Shown: positions 43,022-47,602 of the stretch, one piece after another
Layout of the letters: the number at the start of each line of letters is the position of its first letter
Position numbering within the stretch: the first letter of the stretch is position 1
DNA from: a virus
Taxonomy: Duplodnaviria > Caudoviricetes
Virus record (IMG/VR): IMGVR_UViG_3300033475_000043
Coordinates: 1-47,602 of that record
DNA: 47,602 nt
Reading direction: 5' to 3' (one strand)
Notes under the pieces: generated by a model
Told to the model about the DNA's origin: nothing
Seen by the model: the letters and a program-made list of their open reading frames with translations, nothing else
Databases searched by the model: none
Translations under genes and position numbers: made by a program

Positions 43022-43212
43022 TCGTCAATGACTCGCATATCACGACGCTGATATTTTCGCTTCGTGGTCTTTTCTCCAGGAGGTTCAATGGCCTGTCCGT
43101 GCGCTTTCAACAAATCGCCGTGCCATTTCTCGTCCACATGGAAGTGATCGCCTGGATGATAAACGCGAGCAGCATAGGTCAACTGCTTGATTGCGATCAG
43201 TTCCATATACAC
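43018..43212 (-). CDS. Small capsid-associated protein
   Basis: Y..GD.F.V....L...G.A...Y.RRDM pattern; directly after the capsid gene. Confidence 0.65.
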   Translation of the reverse strand: MYMELIAIKQLTYAARVYHPGDHFHVDEKWHGDLLKAHGQAIEPPGEKTTKRKYQRRDMRVIDE

Positions 43213-43217
43213 CCTCT

Positions 43218-43252
43218 AAAAAAATGCGAGGCCGGGCGTACCCGACCTCGCG
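43218..43252 (-). terminator. Rho-independent terminator after the major capsid gene
   Basis: Minus-strand hairpin CGCGAGGTCGGG-TACG-CCCGGCCTCGCA followed by T7. Confidence 0.85.
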
Positions 43253-43274
43253 CAACGCAGGTCCAACAGGAAAG

Positions 43275-45254
43275 TTACTCTGCGTACTTCGCGTACTGGA
43301 TCACGCCAACCGCATTCGAGCGGCGCATCTTCCAGGTGACGAACCTTTCCGCCTTGATGGCGATCATGTTCATCTGCCAAAGCGAAATCATGTTTGTTGA
43401 CGCAGTCGGAGGTGAGTCCGGCGACGTATCAAACTGCAACGAAGCCTCGCGGCTTGCATCGATCGTGACCTGACCGTCGTCAGCGAGCAACACCTCGCCG
43501 GCATTCAGCAGGACGATATACGAACCGTCAGTCGGCGAGCTGCCAACATACGGGACGTTCTCCGACGTGATCACGGGGATCCCGAGGAAATTACCGCCGT
43601 TGACGTTAATGCCAGGATAGACCGGCTGGCCCAAGCTGTTCAGGGTCAGACCAATCTTCAGCGCTTGCGTCTGCGTCATGATCCAAACCAGATTGGATGC
43701 CTGGACGTTGTTTTGCAAGAAGGTCGAGAACAGTGTAGCCACGTCGGCGCGCAGCGCCGCCATGGTCGTGCCAGTCGCAGTCACCGGAGTCGCAGCGTTG
43801 GTCACCGAAGCCGGGGACACATCCGTTGCAGCCGCAGTCGGATCAATGAAGGCCCGATCCATAAACTGCACAATTGCCGCTGCGAGATCATCGCGAACGG
43901 TTTGCTCCGCGCTCGGATCGCTCAATCGCACAAGTTCCTCCGACAGCGGAATGATGCCGGCGATCTTGTTGAAGTCGAGCGTTACAGTGTCGAACGCGAG
44001 GCTGGTGAGAGGCTTAACGCGCGCCTCACCAACCCAGTTGACTGCCGCAGCCGCCGTCTGACGCGGAATCTTGACCTTAAATGGAACCCGACGCATGCCG
44101 GGAATCCGACCAAGAATCGTCAACGGACGGAGGTATGATATGAACTCGTTTTGCAGGTTCTGGTAAACAACCAGAGGACCAGCCCAGGTCGAGTCAGAAG
44201 TCGTCCCGACGTTAACAGTCGTCTTGGTAAACATTTCCAAGACGTCGATAACTTCCGGAGTCTCGCGAGCAATCCGGTCATTATTCTTGGCGATCATAAA
44301 TGCGCGCCAATGATCACCGCGAGCTTCTGCCACCGCCTTGACGTAACGAACAAAGCCCTGGCCAGGAAACAGATGATCGCGTTTCGGCATTGCAGGAATG
44401 CCGGAACGAACCTGCGTCGCAGACGCCTGAGTTGCAGCAGCAACCGGCTCAACGACAACTGCCAGTTCGCGATTTGCCTTCTCGTGCGCGCGAAGACGGA
44501 CGAGATGATCGTCAATGCCCTTAACGAGGGTTGCCATCTCGTCGTATTCGTCTTGCTGCTCGGAATCGAGCGTTGTGCCCTTCTCCGCAGCGTCGTTCAT
44601 GATCTCATCCATGCGGGCCGACTTGGCCGCACGGGTCGCCTCAAACGAAGCAATCTGCTCCGCAAAAGTCTTCTTTGCCATCGTCGTGGTCCTTTTTGCG
44701 CTCTTGGCGCTTTGGGAGACCACGTCGCTGGTCTTGGTTTGTTTGGTTGGAGTTGGTTGCGGCTTGCCTGATGCGGCTTCGCCACCAACGAAAGAACGAA
44801 TTACTGAGATAGTCGCGTCTTGATTCGCCGGAATAGTTACGAGGCTTAGCTCTAGAACCTCCGACTGTTTGAAATCGATTCCGCCGTCGTCCATCCATTC
44901 GAAATCGATGGCACGAAAGCCAATCGAAACACCGCGAACCAAGCCGGCTTTGACTTCTTGCCAGGCAAGATCGATGCGATCCTTTAGTAAACCCGGCTCG
45001 GTAACCTTCGCCAATTGAGCGCGGAAGGTTATTCCGTCTTCAGTTGGCTTATTGAATCTGACAGTTCCAACGGGCTCACTAGCATTGTGCTGATGCAACA
45101 GCGGGAGTGGATTTCGATATTTGACACCTGTCGAGCGAACAATGTCGCCCATTCGGTCTGTGGAAGGGGTAGTTGCAGTGCCCTCAATGATGCGCTGCTC
45201 TTCATCAACAGTTTTCGTTTCGAGGACAGCATAAGCGCGGACCTGCTTTGACAT
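43275..45254 (-). CDS. Fused HK97 prohead protease (S78) - major capsid protein
   Basis: Protease motifs DRMGD, LHQH, GVSIGF and ELSLVTIPAN; capsid motifs WVGE...KP, KIAGII.LSEEL and SLWQ.N..A.KAER; AGGA SD before ATG 45254. Confidence 0.93.
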   Translation of the reverse strand: MSKQVRAYAVLETKTVDEEQRIIEGTATTPSTDRMGDIVRSTGVKYRNPLPLLHQHNASEPVGTVRFNKPTEDGITFRAQLAKVTEPGLLKDRIDLAWQEVKAGLVRGVSIGFRAIDFEWMDDGGIDFKQSEVLELSLVTIPANQDATISVIRSFVGGEAASGKPQPTPTKQTKTSDVVSQSAKSAKRTTTMAKKTFAEQIASFEATRAAKSARMDEIMNDAAEKGTTLDSEQQDEYDEMATLVKGIDDHLVRLRAHEKANRELAVVVEPVAAATQASATQVRSGIPAMPKRDHLFPGQGFVRYVKAVAEARGDHWRAFMIAKNNDRIARETPEVIDVLEMFTKTTVNVGTTSDSTWAGPLVVYQNLQNEFISYLRPLTILGRIPGMRRVPFKVKIPRQTAAAAVNWVGEARVKPLTSLAFDTVTLDFNKIAGIIPLSEELVRLSDPSAEQTVRDDLAAAIVQFMDRAFIDPTAAATDVSPASVTNAATPVTATGTTMAALRADVATLFSTFLQNNVQASNLVWIMTQTQALKIGLTLNSLGQPVYPGINVNGGNFLGIPVITSENVPYVGSSPTDGSYIVLLNAGEVLLADDGQVTIDASREASLQFDTSPDSPPTASTNMISLWQMNMIAIKAERFVTWKMRRSNAVGVIQYAKYAE

Positions 45255-45382
45255 CTTGCGAATTCCTGATTGTTGGAATCGCGAGACGCCGCGAAAAGTC
45301 AGTTCAGTGAGACAGCAACAGCATCCCAAGACACCAGGCGCCAATGCATGTCAAAACTAGAAAAGCAAAAGCCACACAGGGC

Positions 45383-45586
45383 TTATGCAAGTTTGTAACA
45401 AACTCCGCTGTATCGCAGCGCATATGACGAGATGAAATTCCGGCGCTCTAATGTCCGGACTGACTTTCCATTGTTAATGGAGACGCTTTCGTCGCTAAGA
45501 TCCCAAATCGGGACGTCCAGCTCATCAAGAAGCACACCGTATAACTCGTCATCAATCGGTGCTATTTTCTTAACTACCGACATCAA
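45383..45586 (-). CDS. Small protein consisting largely of the acidic PIxDE tag
   Basis: Overlaps the terL stop; PIDDELYGVLLDELDVPIWD. Confidence 0.55.
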   Translation of the reverse strand: MMSVVKKIAPIDDELYGVLLDELDVPIWDLSDESVSINNGKSVRTLERRNFISSYALRYSGVCYKLA

Positions 45587-47112
45587 ACAAACAGCATCTG
45601 AAATTCCGGCTTCCGCTCTTGCTCTTGCGGTGCCGCACCTAATGCCATCGTAAGAGCAATCATTCCATCTATTCGCCCCGAACTGCGAACCTTGGTCAGC
45701 TTACGGTTCCCGGCAGGATCGTTCTGGACGACAGCGTCAGCCGCATGCTTGGATAATACCGGATGGTTACCGTGAGCTATTCTGCCGTCCAGAATGGCGC
45801 CCTCAAGATCGCGCAAGGCCGGTGACATGCTCTGGAATCCTTGCCCGAACTCGACGAACTTTTCCGTTATGTCCTTTTCGGTGAAGCCAGCCTGCGACAG
45901 CCACGGCTTAAAGTGTCGGAAGTTCCACCGGTCAAAGGCTATCTTTCGGATATCATATATGCCGACAAGCGATCTTAACTCTGCCGCAACATAGGCATAA
46001 TCCACCGATCTCCCCGGTGTGGTTACTAGATGACCGTCACGCTTCCACATATCGTAGGGGATGTGATCAGACCGTGATTTTTCCTCTAAGCCAAAACTTG
46101 GAAGCCAGAATGTAGGATGCACCTGCCAAACGCCATCCACATCTCCAATCATAACCAACGCAGTTAGGTCGCGAACCTCCGACAAATCCAAACCTGCGTA
46201 AACAGGGACGCCAGAGATCGGCCTAACCTTCGCACCACAACTAGCCCACAGATCCTTGCTGATGAACGGAGACCGCGCCTCGACCCGCTGGTTAAGGATT
46301 AGATTCCGAAATTCGTTTTCCCGACTTGGTATCCGCTGTGCTGTTCGGGCCATATCCATGACCTCGGCAGCATTCATAAAGTCTCCAAAAGCCGGATTAG
46401 CAGCCCTTACGGATTCTTCGCTGAACGGATCTCCATCGACAGGAGCGGTATAAAGGGATGATACCACGCGAGGATCATTTCCCGCCAAAGCATCATCCAA
46501 AAGCTGGGATAACAAATCAGCATCCGTGGGCGCCTGTGTCGAGATGATAATGGAAAGCGGTTCCTCTTGCGCACCGGTAGCTGTCTCCAGTGCTTCATAG
46601 AGCTGACTCTTTGGCCCGCGCACCTGCCCCAGCTCGTCATGGACGATAAAAACCGGGGACAAGCCGTAGGCCGTCGACGCGTCCGCCGAAAGCGCCCGAT
46701 ACCGCGTCCCAAACTTTGGACACAGGAGCTGCTTAGCAGTATCCTTAACCACCACACCCTGACTGAGCGTCGGAGACATACGAACAATCTTGGCCGCCAA
46801 CTCAAACACCAGCGCCGCCTGATCCCGCGACTGCGCGGCGCTATAAAGCTGGCTATTCGGTCGATGCCGAGGACCACACAAGTGTAAGAGCAGCAGAAAC
46901 GCCGCTAGGGCGCTTTTCCCATTCTTGCGGCCAAACGAGATAATCGCGCGGCGAGTGCCAGCAGGATTGTCATAGATCTTGATAATTTCGTCTTCTTGCC
47001 AAGGCCTAAGCTTGACCTGCTTGCCGATGTATTTGCCTTCTGGGATATAGCAATGCCTGTTAATCCAGGCTATCGCCTCCCGGCCCTTCGTTCTCTTGTC
47101 CGGTGGGGGCGT
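45583..47112 (-). CDS. terL: Terminase large subunit (start non-canonical/uncertain)
   Basis: LRPWQ, Walker A GRKNGKS (46932-46912), Walker B VHDE, IISTQ, GLDLS, FDRW and RIDGMIAL. The frame is open from 47178 but has no ATG/GTG/TTG before 46881. Confidence 0.9.
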   Translation of the reverse strand, partial: TPPPDKRTKGREAIAWINRHCYIPEGKYIGKQVKLRPWQEDEIIKIYDNPAGTRRAIISFGRKNGKSALAAFLLLLHLCGPRHRPNSQLYSAAQSRDQAALVFELAAKIVRMSPTLSQGVVVKDTAKQLLCPKFGTRYRALSADASTAYGLSPVFIVHDELGQVRGPKSQLYEALETATGAQEEPLSIIISTQAPTDADLLSQLLDDALAGNDPRVVSSLYTAPVDGDPFSEESVRAANPAFGDFMNAAEVMDMARTAQRIPSRENEFRNLILNQRVEARSPFISKDLWASCGAKVRPISGVPVYAGLDLSEVRDLTALVMIGDVDGVWQVHPTFWLPSFGLEEKSRSDHIPYDMWKRDGHLVTTPGRSVDYAYVAAELRSLVGIYDIRKIAFDRWNFRHFKPWLSQAGFTEKDITEKFVEFGQGFQSMSPALRDLEGAILDGRIAHGNHPVLSKHAADAVVQNDPAGNRKLTKVRSSGRIDGMIALTMALGAAPQEQERKPEFQMLFV

Positions 47113-47518
47113 CCCAGAAGTTGGCCCCGACTCCGGGGACCTTTTTATCTTTGGAGTATTGGGAATGCTGGCTAATCCTCATACGAGTCGCCAGAGACGA
47201 AATTGCCGCGGCCAAGTCCTTTTCCATCCGGACAAGGTCCCGGTATTCTCTGGCGTCAAAACTCTTGGAGCTTTCGCAATTATTGGCGAGTTGAGCTAAC
47301 CGGCGAGCGCGAACGATCAATCGGCAATGCTGAACAAGCATCCCATGCGTTTCGCGAGGAAACCAGTCGGCCGGCATACGATTGACCACCGCATACCACT
47401 CAACAGCCTGTTCTTCGGTCAGTTCGTCCGGCGCGTCTGGCCTTCGAACCGCGGTAATCTCGCCCTCATTTCGCACGAGCGCGAGCGCTGCACCTGAAAT
47501 TCTGCCTCTAGTTCTCAT
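47060..47518 (-). CDS. terS: Terminase small subunit
   Basis: P.AP..L...Q..EW...V...P..WF...L.Q.C...LATRMRI pattern; GAGAGG SD; upstream of terL. Confidence 0.85.
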   Translation of the reverse strand: MRTRGRISGAALALVRNEGEITAVRRPDAPDELTEEQAVEWYAVVNRMPADWFPRETHGMLVQHCRLIVRARRLAQLANNCESSKSFDAREYRDLVRMEKDLAAAISSLATRMRISQHSQYSKDKKVPGVGANFWDAPTGQENEGPGGDSLD

Positions 47519-47602
47519 ATAGCCTCTCAATCGCCCATAAACGGTCGCTGGTGCGTTTTTTAGGAGAAACCGGCCTACCGAGAGCGATTAGGGGGAAACG
47601 GG

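Noticed and set aside
47531-47602. Possible cos-proximal sequence upstream of terS
   Set aside because: The position is compatible, but the window ends here and no cos site can be demonstrated.

Overview
The window holds most of a temperate HK97-fold siphophage or prophage, probably infecting an alphaproteobacterium (inferred from gene families and GC content). On the minus strand, reading right to left, are: terS, terL, a fused prohead protease-major capsid gene, portal, a collagen-like protein, an ~11 kb island of ~13 glycosyl/methyl/acetyl-transferase-like genes, head-tail connectors, tail tube, frameshifted tail chaperones, tape measure, tail-tip proteins, two fibres, a pectate-lyase-like spike and an expanded lysis region. 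The left end has a 5'-truncated tyrosine integrase and a divergent promoter pair with a leaderless ribbon-helix-helix repressor candidate. The most unusual feature is at 2961-6646. Behind a strong promoter and a highly structured ~125-nt leader lies an array of ~18 tiny co-oriented, mostly unrelated ORFs, each delimited by the same junction motif (stop-containing TAGGCCC / TAAAGGCCC, then ATG 2-7 nt later). It looks like a cassette array without attC sites or CRISPR repeats. Many of these ORFs are missing or mis-started in the supplied ORF track. All family assignments are from motif recognition by eye, not database searches.
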